Below are positions 15,001-30,000 of a stretch of DNA of 64,000 nucleotides, in pieces. Under the pieces are notes generated by a model. That model was given only the letters and a program-made list of their open reading frames with translations, searched no databases and was not told the origin of the DNA. Numbering within the stretch: position 1 is the first letter of the stretch; the number at the start of each line of letters is the position of its first letter. The translations under genes were made by a program, and so were the position numbers. The DNA lies in NCBI GenBank assembly GCA_964016885.1, contig OZ024755.1:43276001-43340000 (forward strand), in the 5' to 3' direction. Origin of the DNA: Eledone cirrhosa. Lineage: Eukaryota.

Positions 15001-18000
15001 TGTGATGGTGAGGGTGTTGGGTGTGGAGGTGGTTATGGGCTGTGTGTGATGGTGTTGTGTGTGGAGGTGGTTATGTGCTGTGTGTGAATGTGAGGGCGCT
15101 GGGTGTGGAGGTGGTTATGGGCTGTGTGTGATGGTGAGGGTGCTGGGTGTGGAGGTGGTTATGGGCTGTGTGTGATGGTGAGGGTGCTGCGTGTGGAGGT
15201 GGTTATGGGCTGTGTGTGATGGTGAGGGTGTTGGGTGTGGAGGTGGTTATGGGCTGTGTGTGATGGTGAGGGTGTTGGGTGTGGAGGTGGTTATGGGCTG
15301 TGTGTGATGGTGAGGGTGCTGGGTATGGAGGTGGTTATGGGCTGTGTGTGATGGTGAGGGTGTTGGGTGTGGAGGTGGTTATGGGCTGTGTGTGATGGTG
15401 AGGGTGTTGGGTGTGGAGGTGGTTATGGGCTGTGTGTGATGGTGAGGGTGCTGGGTGTGGAGGTGGTTATGTGCTGTGTGTGATGGTGAGGGTGCTGGGT
15501 GTGGAGGTGGTTATGGGCTGTGTGTGATGGTGAGGGTGTTGGTGTGGAGGTGGTTATGTGCTGTGTGTGATGGTGGGGCTGCTGGGTGTGGAGGTGATTA
15601 TGGGCTGTGTGTGATGGTGAGGGTGCTGGGTGTGGAGGTGGTTATGGGCTGTGTGTGATGGTGAGGGTGTTGGGTGTGTAGGTGGTTATGGGCTTTGTGT
15701 GATGGTGAGGGTGCTGGGTGTGGAGATGGTTATGGGCTGTGTGTGATGGTGAGGGTGTTGGGTGTGGAGGTGGTTATTGGCTGTGTGTGATGGTAAGGGT
15801 GCTGGGTGTGGAGGTGGTTATGGGCTGTGTGTGATGTTGAGGGTGTTGGGTGTGGAGGTGATTATGTGCTGTGTGTGATGGTGAGGGTGCTGGGTGTGGA
15901 GGTGGTTATGGGCTGTGTGTGATGGTGAGGGTGCTGGGTGTGGAGGTGGTTATGGGCTGTGTGTGATGTTGAGGGTGTTGGGTGTGGAGGTGCTTATGGG
16001 CTGTGTGTGATGGTGAGGGTGCTGGGTGTGGAGGTGGTTATGGGCTGTGTGTGATGTTGAGGGTGCTGGGTGTGTAGGTGATTATGTGCTGTGTGTGATG
16101 GTGAGGGTGCTGGGTGTGGAGGTGGTTATGGGCTGTGTGTGATGGTGAGGGTGTTGGGTGTGGAGGTGGTTATGGGCTGTGTGTGATGGTGGGGGTGTTG
16201 GGTGTGGAGGTGGTTATGGGCTGTGTGTGATGGTGAGGGTGCTGGGTGTGGAGGTGGTTATGGGCTGTGTGTGATGGTGAGGGTGCTGGGTATGGAGGTG
16301 ATTATGTGCTGTGTGTGATGGTGAGGGTGCTGGGTGTGGAGGTGGTTGTGGGCTGTGTGTGATGGTGAGGGTGTTGGGTGTGGAGGTGGTTATGGGCTGT
16401 GTGTGATGGTGAGGGTGCTGGGTGTGGAGGTGATTATGTGCTGTGTGTGATGGTGAGGGTGCTGGGTGTGGAGGTGGTTATGGGCTGTGTGATGGTGAGG
16501 GTGTTGGGTGTGGAGGTGGTTATGGGCTGTGTGTGATGGTGAGGGTGCTGGGTGTGGAGGTGGTTATGGGCTGTGTGCGATGGTGAGGGTGCTGGGTGTG
16601 GAGGTGATTATGTGCTGTGTGTGATGGTGAGGGTGCTAGGTGTGGAGGTGGTTATGGGCTGTGTGTGATGGTGAGGGTGTTGGGTGTGGAGGTGGTTATG
16701 GGGTGTGTGTGATGGTGGGGGTGTTGGGTGTGGAGATGGTTATGGGCTGTGTGTGATGGTGAGGGTGTTGGGTGTGGAGGTGGTTATGGGCTGTGTGTGA
16801 TGGTGTTGGGTGTGGAGGTGGTTATGTGCTGTGTGTGAATGTGAGGGCGCTGGGTGTGGAGGTGGTTATGGGCTGTGTGTGATGGTGAGGGTGCTGGGTG
16901 TGGAGGTGGTTATGGGCTGTGTGTGATGTTGAGGGTGTTGGGTGTGGAGGTGATTATGTGCTGTGTGTGATGGTGAGGGTGCTGTGTGTGGAGGTAGTTA
17001 TGGGCTGTGTGTGATGGTGAGGGTGCTGGGTGTGGAGGTGATTATGTGCTGTGTGTGGTGGTGAGGGTGCTGGGTGTGGAGGTGGTTATGGGCTGTGTGT
17101 GATGGTGAGGGTGTTGGGTGTGGAGGTGGTTATGGGCTGTGTGTGATGGTGAGGGTGCTGTGTGTGGAGGTAGTTATGGGCTGTGTGTGATGGTGAGGGT
17201 GCTGGGTGTGGAGGTGATTATGTGCTGTGTGTGGTGGTGAGGGTGCTGGGTGTGGAGGTGGTTATGGGCTGTGTGTGATGGTGAGGGTGTTGGGTGTGGA
17301 GGTGGTTATGGGCTGTGTGTGATGGTGAGGGTGTTGGGTGTGGAGGTGGTTATGGGCTGTGTGTGATGGTGAGGGTGTTGGGTGTGGAGGTGGTTATGGG
17401 CTGTGTGTGATGGTGAGGGTGTTGGGTGTGGAGGTGGTTATGGGCTGTGTGTGATGGTGAGGGTGTTGGGTGTGGGGGTGGTTATGTGCTGTGTGTGATG
17501 GTGAGGCTGCTGGGTGTGGAGGTGGTTATGGGCTGTGTGTGATGGTGGGGGTGCTGGGTGTGAAGGTGGTTTTGGGCTGTGTGTGATGGTGAGGGTTTGG
17601 GTGTGGGGGTGGTTATGGGCTGTGTGTGATGGTGAGGGTGTTGGGTGTGGAGGTTGTTATGGGCTGTGTGTGATGGTGAGGGTGCTGGGTGTGGAGGTGG
17701 TTATGGGCTGTGTGTGATGGTGAGGGTGCTGGGTGTGGAGGTGGTTATGGTCTGTGTGATTGTTAGAGTGCTGGGTGTGGAGGTGGTTATGGGCTGTGTG
17801 TGATGGTGAGGGTGCTGGGTGTGGGAGTGGTTATGTGCTGTGTGTGATGGTGAGGGTGTTGGGTGTGGAGGTGGTTATGGGCTCTGTGTGATGGTGAGGG
17901 TGTTGGGTGTGGGGGTGGTTATGGGCTGTGTGTGATAGTGAGGGTGCTGGGTGTGGAGATGGTTGTGGGCTGTGTGTGATGGTGAGGGTGTTGGGTGTGG

Positions 18001-21000
18001 AGGTGGTTATGGGCTGTGTGTGATGGTGAGGGTGCTGGGTGTGGAGGTGATTATGTGCTGTGTGTGATGGTGAGGGTGCTGGGTGTGGAGGTGGTTATGG
18101 GCTGTGTGATGGTGAGGGTGTTGGGTGTGGAGGTGGTTATGGGCTGTGTGTGATGGTGTTGTGTGTGGAGGTGGTTATGTGCTGTGTGTGAATGTGAGGG
18201 CGCTGGGTGTGGAGGTGGTTATGGGCTGTGTGTGATGGTGAGGGTGCTGGGTGTGGAGGTGGTTATGGGCTGTGTGTGATGGTGAGGGTGCTGCGTGTGG
18301 AGGTGGTTATGGGCTGTGTGTGATGGTGAGGGTGTTGGGTGTGGAGGTGGTTATGGGCTGTGTGTGATGGTGAGGGTGTTGGGTGTGGAGGTGGTTATGG
18401 GCTGTGTGTGATGGTGAGGGTGCTGGGTATGGAGGTGGTTATGGGCTGTGTGTGATGGTGAGGGTGTTGGGTGTGGAGGTGGTTATGGGCTGTGTGTGAT
18501 GGTGAGGGTGTTGGGTGTGGAGGTGGTTATGGGCTGTGTGTGATGGTGAGGGTGCTGGGTGTGGAGGTGGTTATGTGCTGTGTGTGATGGTGAGGGTGCT
18601 GGGTGTGGAGGTGGTTATGGGCTGTGTGTGATGGTGAGGGTGTTGGTGTGGAGGTGGTTATGTGCTGTGTGTGATGGTGGGGCTGCTGGGTGTGGAGGTG
18701 ATTATGGGCTGTGTGTGATGGTGAGGGTGCTGGGTGTGGAGGTGGTTATGGGCTGTGTGTGATGGTGAGGGTGTTGGGTGTGTAGGTGGTTATGGGCTTT
18801 GTGTGATGGTGAGGGTGCTGGGTGTGGAGATGGTTATGGGCTGTGTGTGATGGTGAGGGTGTTGGGTGTGGAGGTGGTTATTGGCTGTGTGTGATGGTAA
18901 GGGTGCTGGGTGTGGAGGTGGTTATGGGCTGTGTGTGATGTTGAGGGTGTTGGGTGTGGAGGTGATTATGTGCTGTGTGTGATGGTGAGGGTGCTGGGTG
19001 TGGAGGTGGTTATGGGCTGTGTGTGATGGTGAGGGTGCTGGGTGTGGAGGTGGTTATGGGCTGTGTGTGATGTTGAGGGTGTTGGGTGTGGAGGTGCTTA
19101 TGGGCTGTGTGTGATGGTGAGGGTGCTGGGTGTGGAGGTGGTTATGGGCTGTGTGTGATGTTGAGGGTGCTGGGTGTGTAGGTGATTATGTGCTGTGTGT
19201 GATGGTGAGGGTGCTGGGTGTGGAGGTGGTTATGGGCTGTGTGTGATGGTGAGGGTGTTGGGTGTGGAGGTGGTTATGGGCTGTGTGTGATGGTGGGGGT
19301 GTTGGGTGTGGAGGTGGTTATGGGCTGTGTGTGATGGTGAGGGTGCTGGGTGTGGAGGTGGTTATGGGCTGTGTGTGATGGTGAGGGTGCTGGGTATGGA
19401 GGTGATTATGTGCTGTGTGTGATGGTGAGGGTGCTGGGTGTGGAGGTGGTTGTGGGCTGTGTGTGATGGTGAGGGTGTTGGGTGTGGAGGTGGTTATGGG
19501 CTGTGTGTGATGGTGAGGGTGCTGGGTGTGGAGGTGATTATGTGCTGTGTGTGATGGTGAGGGTGCTGGGTGTGGAGGTGGTTATGGGCTGTGTGATGGT
19601 GAGGGTGTTGGGTGTGGAGGTGGTTATGGGCTGTGTGTGATGGTGAGGGTGCTGGGTGTGGAGGTGGTTATGGGCTGTGTGCGATGGTGAGGGTGCTGGG
19701 TGTGGAGGTGATTATGTGCTGTGTGTGATGGTGAGGGTGCTAGGTGTGGAGGTGGTTATGGGCTGTGTGTGATGGTGAGGGTGTTGGGTGTGGAGGTGGT
19801 TATGGGGTGTGTGTGATGGTGGGGGTGTTGGGTGTGGAGATGGTTATGGGCTGTGTGTGATGGTGAGGGTGTTGGGTGTGGAGGTGGTTATGGGCTGTGT
19901 GTGATGGTGTTGGGTGTGGAGGTGGTTATGTGCTGTGTGTGAATGTGAGGGCGCTGGGTGTGGAGGTGGTTATGGGCTGTGTGTGATGGTGAGGGTGCTG
20001 GGTGTGGAGGTGGTTATGGGCTGTGTGTGATGTTGAGGGTGTTGGGTGTGGAGGTGATTATGTGCTGTGTGTGATGGTGAGGGTGCTGTGTGTGGAGGTA
20101 GTTATGGGCTGTGTGTGATGGTGAGGGTGCTGGGTGTGGAGGTGATTATGTGCTGTGTGTGGTGGTGAGGGTGCTGGGTGTGGAGGTGGTTATGGGCTGT
20201 GTGTGATGGTGAGGGTGTTGGGTGTGGAGGTGGTTATGGGCTGTGTGTGATGGTGAGGGTGCTGTGTGTGGAGGTAGTTATGGGCTGTGTGTGATGGTGA
20301 GGGTGCTGGGTGTGGAGGTGATTATGTGCTGTGTGTGGTGGTGAGGGTGCTGGGTGTGGAGGTGGTTATGGGCTGTGTGTGATGGTGAGGGTGTTGGGTG
20401 TGGAGGTGGTTATGGGCTGTGTGTGATGGTGAGGGTGTTGGGTGTGGAGGTGGTTATGGGCTGTGTGTGATGGTGAGGGTGTTGGGTGTGGAGGTGGTTA
20501 TGGGCTGTGTGTGATGGTGAGGGTGTTGGGTGTGGAGGTGGTTATGGGCTGTGTGTGATGGTGAGGGTGTTGGGTGTGGGGGTGGTTATGTGCTGTGTGT
20601 GATGGTGAGGCTGCTGGGTGTGGAGGTGGTTATGGGCTGTGTGTGATGGTGGGGGTGCTGGGTGTGAAGGTGGTTATGGGCTGTGTGTGATGGTGAGGGT
20701 TTGGGTGTGGGGGTGGTTATGGGCTGTGTGTGATGGTGAGGGTGTTGGGTGTGGAGGTTGTTATGGGCTGTGTGTGATGGTGAGGGTGCTGGGTGTGGAG
20801 GTGGTTATGGGCTGTGTGTGATGGTGAGGGTGCTGGGTGTGGAGGTGGTTATGGTCTGTGTGATTGTTAGAGTGCTGGGTGTGGAGGTGGTTATGGGCTG
20901 TGTGTGATGGTGAGGGTGCTGGGTGTGGGAGTGGTTATGTGCTGTGTGTGATGGTGAGGGTGTTGGGTGTGGAGGTGGTTATGGGCTCTGTGTGATGGTG

Positions 21001-24000
21001 AGGGTGTTGGGTGTGGGGGTGGTTATGGGCTGTGTGTGATAGTGAGGGTGCTGGGTGTGGAGATGGTTATGGGCTGTGTGTGATGGTGAGGGTGCTGGGT
21101 GTGGAGATGGTTATGGGCTGTGTGTGATGGTGAGGGTGCTGGGTGTGGAGGTGGTTATGGGCTGTGTGTGATGGTGAGGGTGCTGGGTGTGGAGATGGTT
21201 ATGGGCTGTGTGATGGTGAGGGTGTTGGGTGTGGAGGTGGTTATGTGCTGTGTGTGATGGTGAGGGTGTTGGGTGTGGAGGTGGTTATGGGCTGTGTGTG
21301 ATGGTGAGGGTGCTGGGTGTGGAGATGGTTATGGGCTGTGGTTGATGGTGAGGGTGCTGGGAGTGGAGGTGGTTATGGGCTGTGTGTGATGGTGAGCGTG
21401 TTGGGTGTGGAGGTGGTTATGGGCTGTGTGTGATGGTGAGGGTGTTGGGTGTGGAGGTGGTTATGGGCTGTGTGTGATGGTGTTGGGTGTGGAGGTGGTT
21501 ATGTGCTGTGTGTGAATGTGAGGGCGCTGGGTGTGGAAGTGGTTATGGGCTGTGTGTGATGGTGAGGGTGCTGGGTGTGGAGGTGGTTATGGGCTGTGTG
21601 TGATGGTGAGGGTGTTGGGTGTGGAGGTGGTTATGGGCTGTGTGTGATGGTGAGGGTGCTGCGTGTGGAGGTGGTTATGGGCTGTGTGTGATGGTGAGGG
21701 TGTTGGGTGTGGAGGTGGTTATGGGCTGTGTGTGATGGTGAGGGTGTTGGGTGTGGAGGTGGTTATGGGCTGTGTGTGATGGTGAGGGTGCTGCGTATGG
21801 AGGTGGTTATGGGCTGTGTGTGATGGTGAGGGTGTTGGGTGTGGAGGTGGTTATGGGCTGTGTGTGATGGTGAGGGTGTTGGGTGTGGAGGTGGTTATGG
21901 GCTGTGTGTGATGGTGAGGGTGCTGGGTGTGGAGGTGGTTATGGGCTGTGTGTGATGGTGAGGGTGTTGGGTGTGTAGGTGGTTATGGGCTTTGTGTGAT
22001 GGTGAGGGTGCTGGGTGTGGAGATGGTTATGGGCTGTGTGTGATGGTGAGGGTGTTGGGTGTGGAGGTGGTTATTGGCTGTGTGTGATGGTAAGGGTGCT
22101 GGGTGTGGAGGTGGTTATGGGCTGTGTGTGATGTTGAGGGTGTTGGGTGTGGAGGTGATTATGTGCTGTGTGTGATGGTGAGGGTGCTGGGTGTGGAGGT
22201 GGTTATGGGCTGTGTGTGATGGTGAGGGTGCTGGGTGTGGAGGTGGTTATGGGCTGTGTGATGTTGAGGGTGTTGGGTGTGGAGGTGGTTATGGGCTGTG
22301 TGTGATGGTGAGGGTGCTGGGTGTGGAGGTGGTTATGGGCTGTGTGTGATGTTGAGGGTGCTGGGTGTGTAGGTGATTATGTGCTGTGTGTGATGGTGAG
22401 GGTGCTGGGTGTGGAGGTGGTTATGGGCTGTGTGTGATGGTGAGGGTGTTGGGTGTGGAGGTGGTTATGGGCTGTGTGTGATGGTGGGGGTGTTGGGTGT
22501 GGAGGTGGTTATGGGCTGTGTGTGATGGTGAGGGTGCTGGGTGTGGAGGTGGTTATGGGCTGTGTGTGATGGTGAGGGTGCTGGGTATGGAGGTGATTAT
22601 GTGCTGTGTGTGATGGTGAGGGTGCTGGGTGTGGAGGTGGTTGTGGGCTGTGTGTGATGGTGAGGGTGTTGGGTGTGGAGGTGGTTATGGGCTGTGTGTG
22701 ATGGTGAGGGTGCTGGGTGTGGAGGTGATTATGTGCTGTGTGTGATGGTGAGGGTGCTGGGTGTGGAGGTGGTTATGGGCTGTGTGATGGTGAGGGTGTT
22801 GGGTGTGGAGGTGGTTATGGGCTGTGTGTGATGGTGTTGGGTGTGGAGGTGGTTATGTGCTGTGTGTGAATGTGAGGGCGCTGGGTGTGGAGGTGGTTAT
22901 GGGCTGTGTGTGATGGTGAGGGTGCTGGGTGTGGAGGTGGTTATGGGCTGTGTGTGATGGTGAGGGTGCTGCGTGTGGAGGTGGTTATGGGCTGTGTGTG
23001 ATGGTGAGGGTGTTGGGTGTGGAGGTGGTTATGGGCTGTGTGTGATGGTGAGGGTGTTGGGTGTGGAGGTGGTTATGGGCTGTGTGTGATGGTGAGGGTG
23101 CTGGGTATGGAGGTGGTTATGGGCTGTGTGTGATGGTGAGGGTGTTGGGTGTGGAGGTGGTTATGGGCTGTGTGTGATGGTGAGGGTGTTGGGTGTGGAG
23201 GTGGTTATGGGCTGTGTGTGATGGTGAGGGTGCTGGGTGTGGAGGTGGTTATGGGCTGTGTGTGATGGTGAGGGTGCTGGGTGTGGAGGTGGTTATGGGC
23301 TGTGTGTGATGGTGAGGGTGTTGGTGTGGAGGTGGTTATGTGCTGTGTGTGATGGTGGGGCTGCTGGGTGTGGAGGTGATTATGGGCTGTGTGTGATGGT
23401 GAGGGTGCTGGGTGTGGAGGTGGTTATGGGCTGTGTGTGATGGTGAGGGTGTTGGGTGTGTAGGTGGTTATGGGCTTTGTGTGATGGTGAGGGTGCTGGG
23501 TGTGGAGATGGTTATGGGCTGTGTGTGATGGTGAGGGTGTTGGGTGTGGAGGTGGTTATTGGCTGTGTGTGATGGTAAGGGTGCTGGGTGTGGAGGTGGT
23601 TATGGGCTGTGTGTGATGTTGAGGGTGTTGGGTGTGGAGGTGATTATGTGCTGTGTGTGATGGTGAGGGTGCTGGGTGTGAAGGTGGTTATGGGCTGTGT
23701 GTGATGGTGAGGGTGCTGGGTGTGGAGGTGGTTATGGGCTGTGTGTGATATTGAGGGTGTTGGGTGTGGAGGTGGTTATGGGCTGTGTGTGATGGTGAGG
23801 GTGCTGGGTGTGGAGGTGGTTATGGGCTGTGTGTGATGTTGAGGGTGCTGGGTGTGTAGGTGATTATGTGCTGTGTGTGATGGTGAGGGTGCTGGGTGTG
23901 GAGGTGGTTATGGGCTGTGTGTGATGGTGAGGGTGTTGGGTGTGGAGGTGGTTATGGGCTGTGTGTGATGGTGGGGGTGTTGGGTGTGGAGGTGGTTATG

Positions 24001-27000
24001 GGCTGTGTGTGATGGTGAGGGTGCTGGGTGTGGAGGTGGTTATGGGCTGTGTGTGATGGTGAGGGTGCTGGGTATGGAGGTGATTATGTGCTGTGTGTGA
24101 TGGTGAGGGTGCTGGGTGTGGAGGTGGTTGTGGGCTGTGTGTGATGGTGAGGGTGTTGGGTGTGGAGGTGGTTATGGGCTGTGTGTGATGGTGAGGGTGC
24201 TGGGTGTGGAGGTGATTATGTGCTGTGTGTGATGGTGAGGGTGCTGGGTGTGGAGGTGGTTATGGGCTGTGTGATGGTGAGGGTGTTGGGTGTGGAGGTG
24301 GTTATGGGCTGTGTGTGATGGTGAGGGTGCTGGGTGTGGAGGTGGTTATGGGCTGTGTGCGATGGTGAGGGTGCTGGGTGTGGAGGTGATTATGTGCTGT
24401 GTGTGATGGTGAGGGTGCTAGGTGTGGAGGTGGTTATGGGCTGTGTGTGATGGTGAGGGTGTTGGGTGTGGAGGTGGTTATGGGCTGTGTGTGATGGTGG
24501 GGGTGTTGGGTGTGGAGATGGTTATGGGCTGTGTGTGATGGTGAGGGTGTTGGGTGTGGAGGTGGTTATGGGCTGTGTGTGATGGTGTTGGGTGTGGAGG
24601 TGGTTATGTGCTGTGTGTGAATGTGAGGGCGCTGGGTGTGGAGGTGGTTATGGGCTGTGTGTGATGGTGAGGGTGCTGGGTGTGGAGGTGGTTATGGGCT
24701 GTGTGTGATGTTGAGGGTGTTGGGTGTGGAGGTGATTATGTGCTGTGTGTGATGGTGAGGGTGCTGTGTGTGGAGGTAGTTATGGGCTGTGTGTGATGGT
24801 GAGGGTGCTGGGTGTGGAGGTGATTATGTGCTGTGTGTGGTGGTGAGGGTGCTGGGTGTGGAGGTGGTTATGGGCTGTGTGTGATGGTGAGGGTGTTGGG
24901 TGTGGAGGTGGTTATGGGCTGTGTGTGGTGGTGAAGGTGCTGGGTGTGGAGGTGGTTATGGGCTGTGTGTGATGGTGAGGGTGCTGGGTGTGGAGGTGGT
25001 TATGGGCTGTGTGTGATGGTGAGGGTGTTGGGTGTGGAGGTGGTTATGGGCTGTGTGTGGTGGTGAGGGTGCTGGGTGTGGAGGTGGTTATGGGCTGTGT
25101 GTGGTGGTGAGGGTGCTGGGTGTGGAGGTGGTTATGGGCTGTGTGTGATGGTGAGGGTGCTGGGTGTGGAGATGGTTATGGGCTGTGTGATGGTGAGGGT
25201 GTTGGGTGTGGAGGTGGTTATGGGCTGTGTGATGGTGAGGGTGTTGGGTGTGGAGGTGGTTATGGGCTGTGTTTGATGGTGAGGGTGCTGGGTATGGAGG
25301 TGGTTATGGGTTGTGTGTGATGGTGAGGGTGTTGGGTGTGGAGGTGGTTATGGGCTGTGTGTGGTGGTGAGGGTGTTGGGTGTGGAGGTGGTTATGGGCT
25401 GTGTGTGATGGTGAGGGTGCTGGGTGTGGAGGTGGTTATGTGCTGTGTGTGATGGTGAGGGTGCTGGGTGTGGAGGTGGTTATGGGCTGTGTGTGATGGT
25501 GAGGGTGTTGGTGTGGAGGTGGTTATGTGCTGTGTGTGATGGTGGGGCTGCTGGGTGTGGAGGTGATTATGGGCTGTGTGTGATGGTGAGGGTTTGGGTG
25601 TGGAGGTGGTTATGTGCTGTGTGTGATGGTGAGGGTGTTGGGTGTGGAGGTGGTTATGGGCTGTGTGTGATGTTGAGGGTGTTGGGTGTGGAGGTGATTA
25701 TGTGCTGTGTGTGATGGTGAGGGTGTTGGGTGTGGAGGTGGTTATGGGCTGTGTGTGATGGTGAGGGTGCTGGGTGTGGAGGTGGTTATGGGCTGTGTGT
25801 GATGTTGAGGGTGTTGGGTGTGGAGGTGATTATGTGCTGTGTGTGATGGTGAGGCTGCTGGGTGTGGAGGTGGTTATGGGCTGTGCGTGATGGTGGGGGT
25901 GCTGGGTGTGGAGGTGATTATGGGCTGTGTGTGATGGTGAGGGTGCTGGGTGTGGAGGTGGTTATGTGCTGTGTGTGATGGTGAGGGTGCTGGGTGTGGA
26001 GGTGGTTATGGGCTGTGTGTGATGGTGAGGGTGTTGGGTGTGGAGGTGGAGGTGGTTATGGGCTGTGTGTGATGGTGGGGGTGTTGGGTGTGGAGGTGCT
26101 TATGGGCTGTGTGTGATGGTGATGGTGTTGGGTGTGGAGGTGGGTATGTGCTGTGTGTGATGGTGAGGGTGTTGGGTGTGGAGGTGGTTATGTGCTGTGT
26201 GTGATGGTGAGGGTGTTGGGTGTGGAGGTGGTTATGGGCTGTGTGTGATGGTGAGGGTGTTGGGTGTGGAGGTGGTTATGGGCTGTGTGTGATGGTGATG
26301 GTGTTGGGTGTGGAGGTGGTTATGGGCTGTGTGTGATGGTGAGGGTGCTGGGTGTGGAGGTGGTTATGGGCTGTGTGTGATGGTGGGCTGCTGGGTGTGG
26401 AGATGGTTATGGGCTGTGTGTGATGGTGAGGGTGCTGGGTGTGGAGGTGGTTATGGGCTGTGTGTGATGGTGAGGGTGCTGGGTGTGGAGGTGGTTATGG
26501 GCTGTGTGTGATGGTGAGGGTGTTGGGTGTGGAGGTGGTTATGGGCTGTGTGTGATGGTGAGGGTGCTGGGTGTGGGGGTGGTTATGGGCTGTGTGTGAT
26601 GGTGAGGGTGTTGGGTGTGGAGGTGGTTATGGGCTGTGTGTGATGTTGAGGGTCTTGGGTGTGGAGGTGATTATGTGCTGTGTGTGATGGTGAGGGTGCT
26701 GGGTGTGGAGGTGGTTATGGGCTGTGTGTGATGGTGAGGGTGTTGGGTGTGGAGGTGGTTATGGGCTGTGTGTGATGGTGGGGGTGTTGGGTGTGGAGGT
26801 GGTTATGGGCTGTGTGTGATGGTGAGGGTGTTGGGTGTGGAGGTGGTTATGGGCTGTGGGTGATGGTGAGGGTGCTGCGTGTGGAGGTGGTTATGGGCTG
26901 TGTGTGATGGTGAGGGTGTTGGGTGTGGAGGTGGTTATGGGCTGTGTGTGATGGTGAGGGTGTTGGGTGTGGAGGTGGTTATGGGCTGTGTGTGATGGTG

Positions 27001-30000
27001 AGGGTGCTGGGTATGGAGGTGGTTATGGGCTGTGTGTGATGGTGAGGGTGTTGGGTGTGGAGGTGGTTATGGGCTGTGTGTGATGGTGAGGGTGTTGGGT
27101 GTGGAGGTGGTTATGGGCTGTGTGTGATGGTGAGGGTGCTGGGTGTGGAGGTGGTTATGTGCTGTGTGTGATGGTGAGGGTGCTGGGTGTGGAGGTGGTT
27201 ATGGGCTGTGTGTGATGGTGAGGGTGTTGGTGTGGAGGTGGTTATGTGCTGTGTGTGATGGTGGGGCTGCTGGGTGTGGAGGTGATTATGGGCTGTGTGT
27301 GATGGTGAGGGTGCTGGGTGTGGAGGTGGTTATGGGCTGTGTGTGATGGTGAGGGTGTTGGGTGTGTAGGTGGTTATGGGCTTTGTGTGATGGTGAGGGT
27401 GCTGGGTGTGGAGATGGTTATGGGCTGTGTGTGATGGTGAGGGTGTTGGGTGTGGAGGTGGTTATTGGCTGTGTGTGATGGTAAGGGTGCTGGGTGTGGA
27501 GGTGGTTATGGGCTGTGTGTGATGTTGAGGGTGTTGGGTGTGGAGGTGATTATGTGCTGTGTGTGATGGTGAGGGTGCTGGGTGTGGAGGTGGTTATGGG
27601 CTGTGTGTGATGGTGAGGGTGCTGGGTGTGGAGGTGGTTATGGGCTGTGTGTGATGTTGAGGGTGTTGGGTGTGGAGGTGGTTATGGGCTGTGTGTGATG
27701 GTGAGGGTGCTGGGTGTGGAGGTGGTTATGGGCTGTGTGTGATGTTGAGGGTGCTGGGTGTGTAGGTGATTATGTGCTGTGTGTGATGGTGAGGGTGCTG
27801 GGTGTGGAGGTGGTTATGGGCTGTGTGTGATGGTGAGGGTGTTGGGTGTGGAGGTGGTTATGGGCTGTGTGTGATGGTGGGGGTGTTGGGTGTGGAGGTG
27901 GTTATGGGCTGTGTGTGATGGTGAGGGTGCTGGGTGTGGAGGTGGTTATGGGCTGTGTGTGATGGTGAGGGTGCTGGGTATGGAGGTGATTATGTGCTGT
28001 GTGTGATGGTGAGGGTGCTGGGTGTGGAGGTGGTTGTGGGCTGTGTGTGATGGTGAGGGTGTTGGGTGTGGAGGTGGTTATGGGCTGTGTGTGATGGTGA
28101 GGGTGCTGGGTGTGGAGGTGATTATGTGCTGTGTATGATGGTGAGGGTGCTGGGTGTGGAGGTGGTTATGGGCTGTGTGATGGTGAGGGTGTTGGGTGTG
28201 GAGGTGGTTATGGGCTGTGTGTGATGGTGAGGGTGCTGGGTGTGGAGGTGGTTATGGGCTGTGTGCGATGGTGAGGGTGCTGGGTGTGGAGGTGATTATG
28301 TGCTGTGTGTGATGGTGAGGGTGCTAGGTGTGGAGGTGGTTATGGGCTGTGTGTGATGGTGAGGGTGTTGGGTGTGGAGGTGGTTATGGGCTGTGTGTGA
28401 TGGTGGGGGTGTTGGGTGTGGAGATGGTTATGGGCTGTGTGTGATGGTGAGGGTGTTGGGTGTGGAGGTGGTTATGGGCTGTGTGTGATGGTGTTGGGTG
28501 CGGAGGTGGTTATGTGCTGTGTGTGAATGTGAGGGCGCTGGGTGTGGAGGTGGTTATGGGCTGTGTGTGATGGTGAGGGTGCTGGGTGTGGAGGCGGTTA
28601 TGGGCTGTGTGTGATGTTGAGGGTGTTGGGTGTGGAGGTGATTATGTGCTGTGTGTGATGGTGAGGGTGCTGTGTGTGGAGGTAGTTATGGGCTGTGTGT
28701 GATGGTGAGGGTGCTGGGTGTGGAGGTGATTATGTGCTGTGTGTGGTGGTGAGGGTGCTGGGTGTGGAGGTGGTTATGGGCTGTGTGTGATGGTGAGGGT
28801 GTTGGGTGTGGAGGTGGTTATGGGCTGTGTGTGATGGTGAGGGTGTTGGGTGTGGAGGTGGTTATGGGCTGTGTGTGATGGTGAGGGTGTTGGGTGTGGA
28901 GGTGGTTATGGGCTGTGTGTGATGGTGAGGGTGTTGGGTGTGGAGGTGGTTATGGGCTGTGTGTGGTGGTGAGGGTGCTGGGTGTGGAGGTGGTTATGGG
29001 CTGTGTGTGATGGTGAGGGTGCTGGGTGTGGAGGTGGTTATGGGCTGTGTGTGATGGTGAGGGTGTTGGGTGTGGAGGTGGTTATGGGCTGTGTGTGATG
29101 GTGAGGGTGTTGGGTGTGGAGGTGGTTATGGGCTGTGTGTGATGGTGAGGGTGTTGGGTGTGGAGGTGGTTATGGGCTGTGTGTGGTGGTGAGGGTGCTG
29201 GGTGTGGAGGTGGTTATGGGCTGTGTGTGATGGTGAGGGTGCTGGGTGTGGAGGTGGTTATGGGCTGTGTGTGATGGTGAGGGTGTTGGGTGTGGAGGTG
29301 GTTATGGGCTGTGTGTGGTGGTGATGGTGTTGGGTGTGGAGGTGGTTATGTGCTGTGTGTGATGGTGAGGGTGTTGGGTGTGGAGGTGGTTATGTGCTGT
29401 GTGTGATGGTGAGGGTGTTGGGTGTGGAGGTGGTTATGGGCTGTGTGTGATGGTGAGGGTGTTGGGTGTGGAGGTGGTTATGGGCTGTGTGTGATGGTGA
29501 TGGTGTTGGGTGTGGAGGTGGTTATGGGCTGTGTGTGATGGTGAGGGTGTTGGGTGTGGAGGTGGAGGTGGTTATGGGCTGTGTGTGATGGTGGGGGTGT
29601 TGGGTGTGGAGGTGCTTATGGGCTGTGTGTGATGGTGATGGTGTTGGGTGTGGAGGTGGTTATGTGCTGTGTGTGATGGTGAGGGTGTTGGGTGTGGAGG
29701 TGGTTATGTGCTGTGTGTGATGGTGAGGGTGTTGGGTGTGGAGGTGGTTATGGGCTGTGTGTGATGGTGAGGGTGTTGGGTGTGGAGGTGGTTATGGGCT
29801 GTGTGTGATGGTGATGGTGTTGGGTGTGGAGGTGGTTATGGGCTGTGTGTGATGGTGAGGGTGCTGGGTGTGGAGGTGGTTATGGGCTGTGTGTGATGGT
29901 GGGCTGCTGGGTGTGGAGATGGTTATGGGCTGTGTGTGATGGTGAGGGTGCTGGGTGTGGAGGTGGTTATGGGCTGTGTGTGATGGTGAGGGTGCTGGGT